This document shows, piece by piece, positions 1 to 10,384 of a stretch of 64,000 bases of DNA. Below the pieces are notes generated by a model. The model worked only from the letters and a program-made list of their open reading frames with translations. It was not told where the DNA came from and did no database searches. Each line of letters starts with the position of its first letter. Positions within the stretch are counted from its first letter, which is position 1. Where the stretch lies: NCBI GenBank assembly GCA_029856145.1, contig JAHQWK010000032.1, positions 1-64,000 on the forward strand, read 5' to 3'. Made by a program: the position numbers and the translations under genes. This DNA is from Promethearchaeia archaeon (GTDB taxonomy: Archaea; Asgardarchaeota; Lokiarchaeia; Sigyniarchaeales; SOKP01).

Positions 1-1
1 A

Positions 2-913
2 CCATATGATGAGTCTCTTGGATTTTCTAAACTTGTAGATTTGTATAATCAAATGGGTAAGTACTTAAATCCTGAAACAACCTTTCATATAACTGAAGAG
101 TTAGCTCGTACATTCTTGGGTAAAGAAACTGTACTTTCAAGAGATTATTTAACTTTTGAAAATAAACAAGGGGAAATTATTGCTTTTACCGGTTTATCCA
201 TTACTCCAATGGTTAAAGACGATTTTGTCACTGTCTATGCAGTACAACCGGAATATATTGATTCAGATCTCCCTGGAAAATTAATTGATGCTACTTTGGA
301 TCTTAAAAAGAAGTTAAATGTTCCAAAATTTTTATTTCAAACAATTGGAGATCTATCAGCACCCTTTGATGAGAAATTAGACAGTTTAGGATTTAGTCCA
401 GTTAATTACACTTGGTCAATGCGTTTAGATAATTTCGATTTATTTTCACACCCGGGGATTCCAGAAGGTATTATCATTAAGAATCTAAAGGAGATGGATG
501 ATTTTGCCAGTACTGTTAATGTATTAAATGAGGCTTTCGCAGATTCTTTTATGTATAAACCAATTACCAAAATTAGATGGAAAAAAATAACGGAAACTTT
601 TAAAAAAAATCATATTGTTGAACATTGCGTTGCATATGAAGATGATAAATTTATTGGAATATGTGATATTTATCTAAATCCTGAACAAGATCAAAGTGGA
701 CTAATTGCAAATTTTGGTGTTCTTCCTGACTATCAACATCGTAAAATTGGGAGCGCCCTGCTCGCATCTGGAATTGAAACCCTTCGTAATAAAGGATGTA
801 AAAAAATTAAGTTGGGTGTTGATACTAAAAACGAAAAAGCCTTGGGACTCTATAAAAAGTTTGGTTTTTATGTGAAGAATAATTTGACCCAGAAAACATA
901 TCAAATTATATGA
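2..913 (+). CDS. GNAT-family N-acetyltransferase (tandem GNAT, mycothiol-synthase-like), probably 5'-partial
   Basis: C-terminal motif A (GVLPDYQHRKIGSALL) and NEKALGLYKKFGF. The frame is open from nt 2, so the true start may lie outside the window. Confidence 0.85.
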   Translation, partial: PYDESLGFSKLVDLYNQMGKYLNPETTFHITEELARTFLGKETVLSRDYLTFENKQGEIIAFTGLSITPMVKDDFVTVYAVQPEYIDSDLPGKLIDATLDLKKKLNVPKFLFQTIGDLSAPFDEKLDSLGFSPVNYTWSMRLDNFDLFSHPGIPEGIIIKNLKEMDDFASTVNVLNEAFADSFMYKPITKIRWKKITETFKKNHIVEHCVAYEDDKFIGICDIYLNPEQDQSGLIANFGVLPDYQHRKIGSALLASGIETLRNKGCKKIKLGVDTKNEKALGLYKKFGFYVKNNLTQKTYQII

Positions 914-1084
914 TTGAATAATACATTCTGTATCTCTTATATTAAAGATTTATTCGTTGAAGGAAGAGGTTCAATCACCTATTTTTTCTAGGAATAATGC
1001 TTATTTAATTCATTATATTTAAAGAAAATAGTAAATATAATTCATGTTAATACAATTCAAAAAAATAAGTTTAAATGATTACCC

Positions 1085-1900
1085 TTGTTTAGAAGAAAAG
1101 TAAAGATTTCTAGAATAAAAAAAGGTAAGAAAGAAGAGACAGATGATATCATTCTATATGAAAGTCCAATTGATTTGTATATAAATTCTAATCCTTTAGT
1201 AAATATAATTTGTCTTGCTAAAGATCTAAAAGAACTCTCAATAGGGTTTTTGTTTTCAATAGGGGTAATTGATTCAATGAAAGACATTAAAGAAATCAAG
1301 GTGAATGAATTAGAAAATGCTATTTTTGTGGAATTAAAAGAGGAAGTTAAGTTTAATATTGAAAACCTTGATATTAATCCAGTAAGCCGTGTAGTTGATA
1401 CAACTTGTGGCATTTCATCTCCATGGCGTAATGTTATTAAAGAAAGTTTAGAAAAATCAAATGTAAAAGATGCCATTAAAGCAAAGGATTATATAAAAAT
1501 TAAAGCAAGCACCATCTTTTCTGCCATAAAACAGATGCAAATAAATACTCCGCTTTATCGAGAAACTGGTGGTTGTCATGGAGCCGCAATTTTTGATTTT
1601 AATGGAAATTTATTAAGTGTTAAAGAAGATATTGGTAGACATAATGCTATTGATAAAGTTATTGGAGAGATGTTACTGAAGGACCATGATTTTAAAGGAA
1701 TCTTTCTAACCTCAACAGGTCGATTGACCGGAGATTCGGTTTTAAAAGCTATTAGAGCTAAAATTCCTGTTGTTGTTTCTCTCTCTGCAGCAATAGAGTC
1801 TGGAATTCGATTAGCTTTTGCTTATGGAATTACTTTAATTGGTTTTGCCCGTGGAGCTAGAATGAATATTTATTCTCATCCGAATAGAATAGAACTTTAA
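1085..1900 (+). CDS. fdhD: Formate dehydrogenase accessory sulfurtransferase FdhD
   Basis: TTCG, TGGCHGAA, EDIGRHNAIDKVIG, TGRLTG and LIGFARG motifs. Confidence 0.95.
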   Translation: MFRRKVKISRIKKGKKEETDDIILYESPIDLYINSNPLVNIICLAKDLKELSIGFLFSIGVIDSMKDIKEIKVNELENAIFVELKEEVKFNIENLDINPVSRVVDTTCGISSPWRNVIKESLEKSNVKDAIKAKDYIKIKASTIFSAIKQMQINTPLYRETGGCHGAAIFDFNGNLLSVKEDIGRHNAIDKVIGEMLLKDHDFKGIFLTSTGRLTGDSVLKAIRAKIPVVVSLSAAIESGIRLAFAYGITLIGFARGARMNIYSHPNRIEL

Positions 1901-1908
1901 TGTTTTTA

Positions 1909-3057
1909 TTAAATCTTCCAAATTCCTTCTTTATATATAATTTTATCATCTGCTATTATTTTTGATCCTGGTTTCTTCATATCTTTTAAAATGTCCCAAT
2001 GAATTGCGCTTTCATTTTTAGACCCTAATTCTTTAAATCCATCCCCGAGAGCAACGTGAATTGTACCTCCCATTTTTTCATCAAAAAGCATATTTTTTGT
2101 AAATTGAGTAATACTATAATTAGTGCCAATTGCAAATTCACCTAATCTGTCAGCATTTTCAATTTTTAATATTTCTTGAAGGAATTCTTCACCTTTATCT
2201 GCAGTAGAATTTACAACTTTTCCGTCTTTGAACTCTAAATAAACATTTTCAACTTCATTGCCTAGATGTATAGCTGGATATGTAAACCGAATATGGCCAT
2301 TTACTGAATCTTCTACTGGACATGTACATATTTCACCATCTGGTAAATTTTCTTGCCCACTACAATTATCCCACTTTCTTCCTTTCATAGATAATTTTAA
2401 ATTAGTATCCTCTCCTATAACTTGTATTTCATCTATTTTATTCAAATATTGAGTATATTTTTCTTGTTCTTCTTTGATTTTTAACCATTCTTGTATAGGA
2501 TCTTCTTTATCTAAAAATAAGGATTTTGTTATAAAATCAGTATAAGAAAATAGATCCATGTTAGCTTCTTGAGCTAAAGAATGGCAAGGAAAAGGAATAC
2601 CTATCCACCTAGCTTCTTTATTTGAAACTCTGTCATAAAAAACATCCCAAAGTTCTTTTATTTCTGGTGAACCATAACGCTTCGATATCAATTTAGGATT
2701 AATTAAACTCAAATTTTGTGTGTTATACTCACCAGCGATAGCAATCATACAATCAAATTCCTTATGTATTGTTTTCCTAATATCATCTACATAGGTTAAT
2801 TGCTCTTCAGAAGCATATTTGAATAACATTTCTTCTTGGCCTTCAATATATGGAAGCAAGAGTGGATGCCCCCCCGCTTTTATTATTTCAATATATAAAG
2901 CTCGGAAAAGCTCCTCTGCTAATGGTGGTCCTAATACAAATACTCTATCTCCTTTTGTCACTTTAATCGAATAATTTACTGCTAATTTTGCAAGTTTCTC
3001 AAAGAAAGGATTAATCATATTTGGATTAATCACTAATTCTTTATAATGCTTTCTCAT
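1909..3057 (-). CDS. Aminopeptidase, M29 family (AmpS/AmpT)
   Basis: NLPDGE, LGEFAIG, LFDEKMGGTIHVALG, SAIHWD motifs. Confidence 0.93.
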   Translation of the reverse strand: MRKHYKELVINPNMINPFFEKLAKLAVNYSIKVTKGDRVFVLGPPLAEELFRALYIEIIKAGGHPLLLPYIEGQEEMLFKYASEEQLTYVDDIRKTIHKEFDCMIAIAGEYNTQNLSLINPKLISKRYGSPEIKELWDVFYDRVSNKEARWIGIPFPCHSLAQEANMDLFSYTDFITKSLFLDKEDPIQEWLKIKEEQEKYTQYLNKIDEIQVIGEDTNLKLSMKGRKWDNCSGQENLPDGEICTCPVEDSVNGHIRFTYPAIHLGNEVENVYLEFKDGKVVNSTADKGEEFLQEILKIENADRLGEFAIGTNYSITQFTKNMLFDEKMGGTIHVALGDGFKELGSKNESAIHWDILKDMKKPGSKIIADDKIIYKEGIWKI

Positions 3058-3190
3058 TAGAGATATGCTATATAAATTCTATTAGCTCAATTATGGATTT
3101 AAATATAGCCAGAATTTAAATAAAATTTCTATTTTATTATTTTATATTTAAAATAATATCGAAAAGACTAACATTTATTGGTATATTATA

Positions 3191-3619
3191 ATGGAGCATA
3201 AAAAAGGAGTAATTTTGTGTATAATTGGTGGGGCCGTGATGCTAATTAGCTCACTAACGGGACGTGTTGGTTTCTTAGGAACAATTCTGAGTTTACTTTC
3301 TGGATTTGTTGGACCAGAGATACAAGCAGTTATAGAAATAATTTTAAATGTATTTAGTTTCATTGCATTGGGTGGTGGTATATCAGTCATTATTGGGGCA
3401 TTAATTGCGGGTTACAGTTCAGATTTTGCTGGTAGATTAATAGTGGGGATAGGAATTGGTTCTAGTTTAATTAGTCTAATTATTCTACTTATTACAAGTA
3501 TTTTCGGTGGAACTACCATAGGTGAATTACCTTTAATACTTCTAAACACTTTTAATGGAATTTTTGGCCTCGCGGGTGTTATTTTAGCTATTTTTGCTAG
3601 AAGAATGTTAAAGGACTAA
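3191..3619 (+). CDS. Small Gly-rich 4-TM membrane protein, unknown function
   Basis: 142-aa ORF with four hydrophobic segments. Confidence 0.75.
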   Translation: MEHKKGVILCIIGGAVMLISSLTGRVGFLGTILSLLSGFVGPEIQAVIEIILNVFSFIALGGGISVIIGALIAGYSSDFAGRLIVGIGIGSSLISLIILLITSIFGGTTIGELPLILLNTFNGIFGLAGVILAIFARRMLKD

Positions 3620-3773
3620 AATTTTACACCAAAATTGTTAATACTTATTTTCAATATTTTTTTTTTTAATTATAATATTATCATTCTAATTTAATAGAGA
3701 GAAGATTTTTAAAAAATTCAATATTTACAAATACAAATTAATGTTAATATCAAATATTATAAGATGACTTAAA

Positions 3774-4658
3774 ATGGCTAAAGCAAAAGAATATAAAATG
3801 TTTCAAGGATGTGTTATAGGCAATAGAATTCCTTTTATTGAAGCTTCAGCAAGAAAAGTATTTGACAAACTTGGAATACAAACTTCTGATGCGGCATTTG
3901 CATGTTGTCCTGATCCAGTAGGATTTAATAGTACTGATCATCTCAGTTGGATGGCAATGGGTGCACGAAATCTTACCATTGCTGAAGGAGAAGGAAAAGA
4001 CATAATATCTTTATGTAATGGATGCTTTCAAACATTGAAGCTTGTTAATGAAGAATTAAAATATGATGATCATGAAAAGGAACACATCAATAAGATCTTA
4101 AAAACAGTTGGAAAGGAATTTAAGGGAAATATTAATGTGAAGCATTTTGTAGAAGTATTACATGAATATGTTGATAAAATAAAGGAAAATATAACCAAAG
4201 AACTAAGTGGTTTGAAAGTTGCGTGTCATACTGGTTGCCACTATAATCGACCCTCAGAAAAAGTTCAAACTGATGATCCTATGAATCCTGTAAAATTAAG
4301 AGAAATCGTTGCTGCAACTGGAGCAACTCCTGTTGATTATGAAGAAGAGATGCTTTGCTGTGGTACTGGTGTGGGAAATTCTGAGGAAGAACCAGCAATG
4401 CAAATATTAGCAAACAAGTTAACAAGTGCAACGAATGCTGGTGCTGAAGCAGTAATTGTAAATTGTCCAGCATGTTTCCAACAATTTGATAACAATCAGA
4501 AGAAAGCAGGAGAAGTTGGAGGGAAAACATTTGGTATTCCCGTTTTATATGTAACTGAATTACTAGCTCTGGCTTTTGGTGAAAAACCTGATGATCTGGG
4601 CTTGAAATTCCATCGAACTAGATTAACTTCGTTTTTAGAAGAAAAGGGTCTAAAATAA
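3774..4658 (+). CDS. hdrB: CoB-CoM heterodisulfide reductase subunit B
   Basis: Two CCG domains (GC...CCP...CNGC and HTGCH...CCG...CPAC), ending LGLKFH. Confidence 0.93.
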   Translation: MAKAKEYKMFQGCVIGNRIPFIEASARKVFDKLGIQTSDAAFACCPDPVGFNSTDHLSWMAMGARNLTIAEGEGKDIISLCNGCFQTLKLVNEELKYDDHEKEHINKILKTVGKEFKGNINVKHFVEVLHEYVDKIKENITKELSGLKVACHTGCHYNRPSEKVQTDDPMNPVKLREIVAATGATPVDYEEEMLCCGTGVGNSEEEPAMQILANKLTSATNAGAEAVIVNCPACFQQFDNNQKKAGEVGGKTFGIPVLYVTELLALAFGEKPDDLGLKFHRTRLTSFLEEKGLK

Positions 4659-4729
4659 AATCAGAATCCTATATTTAATTTTATTTACTTTACCAATTTA
4701 TTTATTAAATTTGATAAATAAGTAAAACT

Positions 4730-5899
4730 CTAATTATTTTGAATTAATAACTCTATCTCAACTAATATATTTTCAGGCATGTTCTCTAAAATCCCTTGGG
4801 AAGATTTAGAATTTCCTCCTCCCTTCCCTCCACATTTTTGGATCAGTTGTTGTAATAATTTGTTGGAATCTACTATTTCATTTGGAGAGAGTAATCTAAT
4901 TTTGTTACCTTCAAATGTTACAATAATAAGTGAATTTGAAGGAAAATTTTCTAAAGATTTGTTTAAAACCTTTATATCAACATCAAAATCGATATAAAAT
5001 AGTGAAACATCGTTGATTTTTTTTAAAGGCGATTTAGAAATTGACTCTAATAACTTGATAGATAATTCTTTATGTTGTTCTTGTATATTATCGATAAAAT
5101 CTAAGCGTTTTTTAAGTAATTCCTTCAGTTTTATTAAAGGAGAGTTGATGTCATTGGCTAGTGTTATTACATCTAAATCGATACTTGAACTCATTTCTAA
5201 AGCTTTATTTCCTACAACATACCGGATTGCATTTCCCTTTTTAAATTCATAGATAAACACAGTACCTATTTCTGTAGAATTTTTCACATGAGTTCCCCCA
5301 CAACATACTAAATCTAAATTGTGAATTTCCATTAGACGTATATGAGATTCATTAGGAATAACACTTCTTATTTTATTAGAGGATTTTTCAGCTTCTTTAT
5401 ATGGAATTATTTTTGCGTTGATTACTAAATTATCAGAATTACAAATTTTATTCACATCAATTAAGATTTCTTTCAATTGTTCATAATCTATTGTTGGAGA
5501 GATTTGGAGAAAAACCTCTTCAAAATTAAGATTAGCACGAACCGTGTCAATATTATATTTATTTTTTAATAAAGCTGAAAATATGTGTTGAGAAGTATGA
5601 GCTTTCATTATTCCATAACGATATTCCCAATCAATTTCTCCATCAACCTCATCTCCAATTTTTACCTTGTTTTTAAAATCAGAAGAAATATGATGTAAAA
5701 TACTTTCTCCATCTTTAGTTACCTTATCAACTTTAAATTTGAGGTTTCCTATTGTTAAATATCCCCGATCACTAGCTTGATTCCCGCTTTCAGGATAAAA
5801 TAGAGTTTTTTCAAGCAGTACCCCTTCGTCATTAACCGCTATTATTTTTGCTACAAATTTGGTCTTATATGCATGTTCCCAGTATAATTTTTCAGACAT
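4730..5899 (-). CDS. alaX: Alanyl-tRNA editing protein AlaX-L (with C-terminal DHHA1-like domain)
   Basis: FYPESGNQASD, HTSQH, CGGTH zinc ligands; GGKGGG near the C-terminus. Confidence 0.9.
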   Translation of the reverse strand: MSEKLYWEHAYKTKFVAKIIAVNDEGVLLEKTLFYPESGNQASDRGYLTIGNLKFKVDKVTKDGESILHHISSDFKNKVKIGDEVDGEIDWEYRYGIMKAHTSQHIFSALLKNKYNIDTVRANLNFEEVFLQISPTIDYEQLKEILIDVNKICNSDNLVINAKIIPYKEAEKSSNKIRSVIPNESHIRLMEIHNLDLVCCGGTHVKNSTEIGTVFIYEFKKGNAIRYVVGNKALEMSSSIDLDVITLANDINSPLIKLKELLKKRLDFIDNIQEQHKELSIKLLESISKSPLKKINDVSLFYIDFDVDIKVLNKSLENFPSNSLIIVTFEGNKIRLLSPNEIVDSNKLLQQLIQKCGGKGGGNSKSSQGILENMPENILVEIELLIQNN

Positions 5900-6099
5900 T
5901 ATAGGAACCTTGTTTTTTATTCTTACTTCTTTAATAAAATTAATATTAAATTATATCAATTAGTAATTACACTTATTTCTATTTTTAAATTTCAAAACAG
6001 CATCATATTAAACTGATATATAAAATTTTTTTTAACTAATTAATCATAATATCTATCTTGAAATTTAAAATCAAATTAATAATTAGGAAGTGAGAGTTA

Positions 6100-6297
6100 A
6101 TGCCAATTATTATGATTGAAGGACCTCCTCGTGATATTGAAACAAAACGGAAACTTGTTAATCAATTTACAAAGTTATTTAAAGAAATTTATGGATATCC
6201 TGAAGACTTTACTCATATTTCAGTAATTATCCGGGAAAATAATCCTGAAAATGTAGGTGCAAATGGAGAATTATTAATAGATAGAAACAAAATGTAG
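6100..6297 (+). CDS. 4-oxalocrotonate tautomerase family protein
   Basis: N-terminal catalytic Pro (MPII), 65 aa, ENxxENVGANGEL; RBS-like GGAAGTGAG upstream. Confidence 0.9.
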   Translation: MPIIMIEGPPRDIETKRKLVNQFTKLFKEIYGYPEDFTHISVIIRENNPENVGANGELLIDRNKM

Positions 6298-6307
6298 AAG
6301 AAAAATA

Positions 6308-6329
6308 TTTTTTTTTTTTTCAAAAAAAA
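6308..6329. terminator. Oligo-T/oligo-A tract between convergent genes, putative bidirectional archaeal terminator
   Basis: T13 followed by C-A8 between the stops at 6297 (+) and 6362 (-). Confidence 0.5.
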
Positions 6330-6361
6330 TTTATTTTTATTAATAATCGCATATTTTTTAA

Positions 6362-7675
6362 TCAAATAATTTTCCCAAACAAATTAAACCCCTCAACTTT
6401 AACTATTTTAATGTTAACAAATTTGCCGAATTCACCATCGTAATTAGCTATAAATATATTTTTATACGCATAATTTCTGCCAAACCCTTGATTTGGCTCT
6501 GTACCTTCATGTAAAACTAAAACCTCTCCCTCCCAGCCTTTCCACTTTTTATTTATTTCACTTAAACTATTTCGGAAAACGCTGGATAATCTTATAGATC
6601 TTTCTTTTATTAATTTGCTACCTAATTGTTCCATTTGTTTTGCCTTAGTTCCTGGTCTAGCTGTGAATTTTGAAATATTTAAAATCTCAGGTTTTAGCCA
6701 TTTTATGAAATTAATAGTTCTAAAGAAATCGTATTCCGTTTCACCTGGAAAACCACATATTATATCAGTGGATATAGTTAGATTCTTAAATTCTTTCCTT
6801 AAAAAATCAATGTTATCAATAATGTCAGAGATTAAATATTTTCTTTGCATTCTTTTAAGGACATCATTACTTCCGGATTGAATTGGAATATGTAAAAAAC
6901 GGTATACTTTAGGTTGGTTAAAAATTGATATTAACTGCTCTGTATTATTAATTAAAAAGCTAGGATTAATCATCCCAATTCTTAGAAAGAATTTATGATC
7001 TATAGAGACAATGTTTTTCACAATATCTGCTAATGTTGTTCCATTATAATCATATGTGCTACAATCTTGAGAAGTTAAGTAAATCTGTTTAATTCCCTGT
7101 TTTAATTGGTACCCAACATTTTTTATAATGCTGTTAGGTTCATAACAGTTTAACTTCCCTCTTGCATTTTTTACACAACAATATGTACAAGAGCCTAAAC
7201 ATCCTTCTGAAATCGGAATAATTCCTGTGATTTTTCCACGCGGATGATAAATTGGATATGCTGCTTTATCAATTAATTTATCTGATTTGAGTACAAGATT
7301 TTTCTTTCCGCTTTTGATTTCTTGAAATATCTCTGGTAGATCTATAATATTATTCAAATTGATTATTGCGGCAAATGAAGGAGTGATTCTTTTAATGACT
7401 TCAATGTAATTAGTGGCTATGTGAGGTAAGCACCCTGCAATAATGATATGTTTATTAGGATTTTTGTGAAATTGTTTATGTAAATTTTCTAAACGTGCTT
7501 TTATTTTATTTTCGGTTTGTTCTTTGACAGCACACGTATTAATAATTAAGAATTGAGCATTTTCCAACGATGTTTGAGTGTAATTCGCGTTCATCAACAC
7601 ATTTATGATTATATATGAATCTGCTTTATTAGAAGCACATCCATAAGTTTCAATATAGAATGAGTTTTCTTGCAC
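6362..7675 (-). CDS. mtaB: tRNA t6A37 methylthiotransferase (archaeal MtaB/CDKAL1-type radical SAM)
   Basis: UPF0004 N-terminus (ETYGCASNKADS, NTCAVK), CLGSCTYC radical-SAM motif, TDIICGFPGET, C-terminal TRAM. Confidence 0.9.
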   Translation of the reverse strand: MQENSFYIETYGCASNKADSYIIINVLMNANYTQTSLENAQFLIINTCAVKEQTENKIKARLENLHKQFHKNPNKHIIIAGCLPHIATNYIEVIKRITPSFAAIINLNNIIDLPEIFQEIKSGKKNLVLKSDKLIDKAAYPIYHPRGKITGIIPISEGCLGSCTYCCVKNARGKLNCYEPNSIIKNVGYQLKQGIKQIYLTSQDCSTYDYNGTTLADIVKNIVSIDHKFFLRIGMINPSFLINNTEQLISIFNQPKVYRFLHIPIQSGSNDVLKRMQRKYLISDIIDNIDFLRKEFKNLTISTDIICGFPGETEYDFFRTINFIKWLKPEILNISKFTARPGTKAKQMEQLGSKLIKERSIRLSSVFRNSLSEINKKWKGWEGEVLVLHEGTEPNQGFGRNYAYKNIFIANYDGEFGKFVNIKIVKVEGFNLFGKII

Positions 7676-7794
7676 TTTAGTCCATTTTTAAAAAATATAA
7701 TAATTTATAAAAAGAACTTGATTATTAGGTATTAAAAACGTTTTTTAATTAAAATAATCTATTATTTAAAAAATACAAGTTAATCATTTAAAGA

Positions 7795-8262
7795 TTGGTT
7801 AAAATGACAAAGAAAATCAAATATGCTTATTGTAAAGGTTGTAAACAAGAAGTTGAAACATCAGCGAGAAAACCATTAGATACCATGCAAAAAGTAGCTT
7901 GGGGAATGGCAATTATAGCAACATTAGGGATTGGAGCCATTGCATACGGAATATATTTATCCAACAGACCAAAAACGTATTGCTCGACGTGCTTCACAAA
8001 ACTAGAGTATTCTGATAAACCTTTTGTAAAACCAAAAAAGAAACGTGAAGATATGACACCAAAAGAAAGAGTACTAGATAAAGCAGGATTAATAGAAGAA
8101 GAACCTGAGAAAGAAGAACCTCCTAAAAAGAAACCAGAAGCAAAGAAAAGGAAAAAAAAGGAAGAAAAAGAAGACAAAAAGTCAGTCTGTCCATATTGTG
8201 GAGAAACATTGGATGAGGAATACGCAACTTGCCCCTTCTGCCAAGTTCCATTAAAATCATAA
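7795..8262 (+). CDS. LITAF-like zinc/hydrophobic-hairpin protein with C-terminal zinc ribbon
   Basis: CKGC, hydrophobic stretch, YCSTC; then a charged linker; then CPYC...CPFC. Confidence 0.65.
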   Translation: MVKMTKKIKYAYCKGCKQEVETSARKPLDTMQKVAWGMAIIATLGIGAIAYGIYLSNRPKTYCSTCFTKLEYSDKPFVKPKKKREDMTPKERVLDKAGLIEEEPEKEEPPKKKPEAKKRKKKEEKEDKKSVCPYCGETLDEEYATCPFCQVPLKS

Positions 8263-8385
8263 GTTATTAAAAAGATATCAAAAAATTCTAATAAAAATAA
8301 ATAATAGTAAAACTAATTATTAAAATATATAATTTTGAAAACCTAAACTAAATTTAATTTAAAAATATAATAAGATGAGATAATT

Positions 8386-9153
8386 ATGCCACGTGCATCT
8401 CGTAAAGCTCCTGATAGAGAACCAGATCCACTAGATTTATATTCCACATGGGATCTTAGAATCGCAAAAGTAATTTTTTACGGTCTTATAGTTGGTACAG
8501 CCGTTCTTGTGCTTGGAATATGGTTTGTAATTATCACTGCTATAGGTCCATCTTGGGAATTTTTCTTAACGCTCCATCTTGGATTTCAGATTGCTTTAAT
8601 AGCTGGTGTTGTTACTGGGCACCTGTTTTTATTGGTTTTATTCTATACTTTATTTCGAGGAGGTATGGTTAAACTATGTAAATCACTATTTAAAGACCGT
8701 CGATTGGCAAAAAAGTGGGAAGACTATTCAACTCTAAGATTACTTGTTGGTGTTGCATTATTTAGCTTATATTTTACTATAATTGCACTTTTAATTGGTA
8801 TTCTTCCATATACATTTTGGAATGCCATTTGGAATTTATGGCTATGGATGCTGGCGCATTTTGGGATTGGATTATGGATCCTATGGGTAGGAGCTATGAT
8901 CTTTGCTTTCATAGGGATTGTCCTCATAGGATTTATTCTTTGGAATCATGGTGTATTCTGGGTCCTCAAACATGTAAAAACAATTGAAGATGAAATGGAA
9001 GTTGAAGAACGTATCAAGAAAGAAGCCTTAAAAGAAATGGATGAAAGAACACTTCAATCAATATATAAAAAGGAAACTGGTAAGAAACCAATACACAAAG
9101 GAAAAGAAACCAGAGGCTATATTGAGTGGAAGAAAAAGCAGATGATTAGTTAA
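8386..9153 (+). CDS. 4-TM membrane protein, unknown function
   Basis: 255-aa ORF with two hydrophobic hairpins and a charged C-terminus. Confidence 0.8.
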   Translation: MPRASRKAPDREPDPLDLYSTWDLRIAKVIFYGLIVGTAVLVLGIWFVIITAIGPSWEFFLTLHLGFQIALIAGVVTGHLFLLVLFYTLFRGGMVKLCKSLFKDRRLAKKWEDYSTLRLLVGVALFSLYFTIIALLIGILPYTFWNAIWNLWLWMLAHFGIGLWILWVGAMIFAFIGIVLIGFILWNHGVFWVLKHVKTIEDEMEVEERIKKEALKEMDERTLQSIYKKETGKKPIHKGKETRGYIEWKKKQMIS

Positions 9154-9254
9154 ACTTTAATTCAAATTTTTTACATTATCTTTTTTTTAAAATTCTTAAA
9201 AATCTTTAAATTTTTTTGCCAAAATTATTGAAATATATCTGAATTAATACTTTC

Positions 9255-9371
9255 TTAAATTCTTAAATCTTTTCCGCAAGATTTACAAAAGTCAGCATCT
9301 TTGCTGATTAAAGCGTTACATTTAGGACAATTAATTTTATTAATATTAAGTTTATCTTCACGGATTGTTAT
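9255..9371 (-). pseudogene. Zinc-ribbon micro-ORF or gene remnant (ITIREDKLNINKINCPKCNALISKDADFCKSCGKDLRI)
   Basis: Manual translation gives CxxC-x10-CxxCG. There is no ATG/GTG/TTG in frame after the upstream stop. Confidence 0.5.
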
Positions 9372-9436
9372 ATTTTATATGTATTAATTTTTCAAAAAAA
9401 AAAAGTAAAAAAAGGGATATTTTAAACGTTTAAATT

Positions 9437-10384
9437 TTACCTTCTCATCATTCTTGGATTCCTAAATAAGGTTAACTCTCCTCTAGGAATGGTATAATCT
9501 GTTGTAGCAGTTTTCTTCATCTTTTTATAAAGTTGCTTAATCATCTTTGTTGCAACTCTCATAAAATTGCAGATACCCGCGAATAATATCATATAAATAA
9601 TAAACATCTTATCTTTTGCAAAAGCTTCATCAAATATTTGAATTTCAAAATTTTTCTGAATTCTTTGACCATCAACGCGAGCTATTTTTTGATCACCAAT
9701 ATAAATCCAGTAATTTCTTCCGGGACCTACGATTCCTTTAGCCCGAACCACTTGTAACTTATCACCCTTTTGTTCTGGAAGTAATGGCCATGTCCACCGT
9801 GTGCCTACTAATCTCCAACCTCTCGTAACACGAGCCAAATATATTGATCTTGGGATTTGCATAATGAATACAGGAGCAGGATGTTTAATTTCATAGCTCT
9901 GGATTAATGAATGGGAGACACTTAATTCAAAACCTCCTTTGAAATTCCCGCCCTTAGCAGTACGTGCATCTGTCATTTTTTCTTCCATAATCGTGAACAT
10001 ACGACAAGTCAACCTTTTTTCTTCGAGAGGTTTTTCTTCCCAATCGTTTTTACTAAAAGCAATGATGTATTTTTTCTCACCATCTTCTTCTACAACTCCT
10101 TCGATATCAAAATTCTTGCTAAACCAACGAGTTTTTGCTTGATATTTGAGTTGTTGATGTACTCCTAATTCTTCGTCGTGTAATCGAGTACGCCAAAAGT
10201 TCACTTTCAGCTTTTTATAAACTGCTTTCGAAGGTTTAGGTTTAACTTCAGGGGTAGTAGCTGCTTTTTTAGAAGGCTTAGAAACTTTCTTTTTTGTTGG
10301 AGTCGTTCTTGATTTTGCTCGAGGCTTTTTTGCTGCTTTTTCTGCAGTTTTTTCTATCTCCTCGACCGGATCCTCTTCTGTCAT
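9437..10384 (-). CDS. Hypothetical protein with Lys/Pro-rich N-terminal tail and a LURP-one/Tubby-C/scramblase-like C-terminal region
   Basis: Beta-rich body ending NYWIYIGDQKIARVD...FEIQI followed by a hydrophobic terminal helix. Confidence 0.55.
   Translation of the reverse strand: MTEEDPVEEIEKTAEKAAKKPRAKSRTTPTKKKVSKPSKKAATTPEVKPKPSKAVYKKLKVNFWRTRLHDEELGVHQQLKYQAKTRWFSKNFDIEGVVEEDGEKKYIIAFSKNDWEEKPLEEKRLTCRMFTIMEEKMTDARTAKGGNFKGGFELSVSHSLIQSYEIKHPAPVFIMQIPRSIYLARVTRGWRLVGTRWTWPLLPEQKGDKLQVVRAKGIVGPGRNYWIYIGDQKIARVDGQRIQKNFEIQIFDEAFAKDKMFIIYMILFAGICNFMRVATKMIKQLYKKMKKTATTDYTIPRGELTLFRNPRMMRR

Noticed and set aside
1057-1476. Antisense/shadow ORFs in the track (e.g. 1057..1476, 7827..8177, 20000..20290, 34451..34759, 50781..51110, 57123..57440)
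   Set aside because: They overlap well-supported genes on the opposite strand or frame and carry no recognisable motifs.
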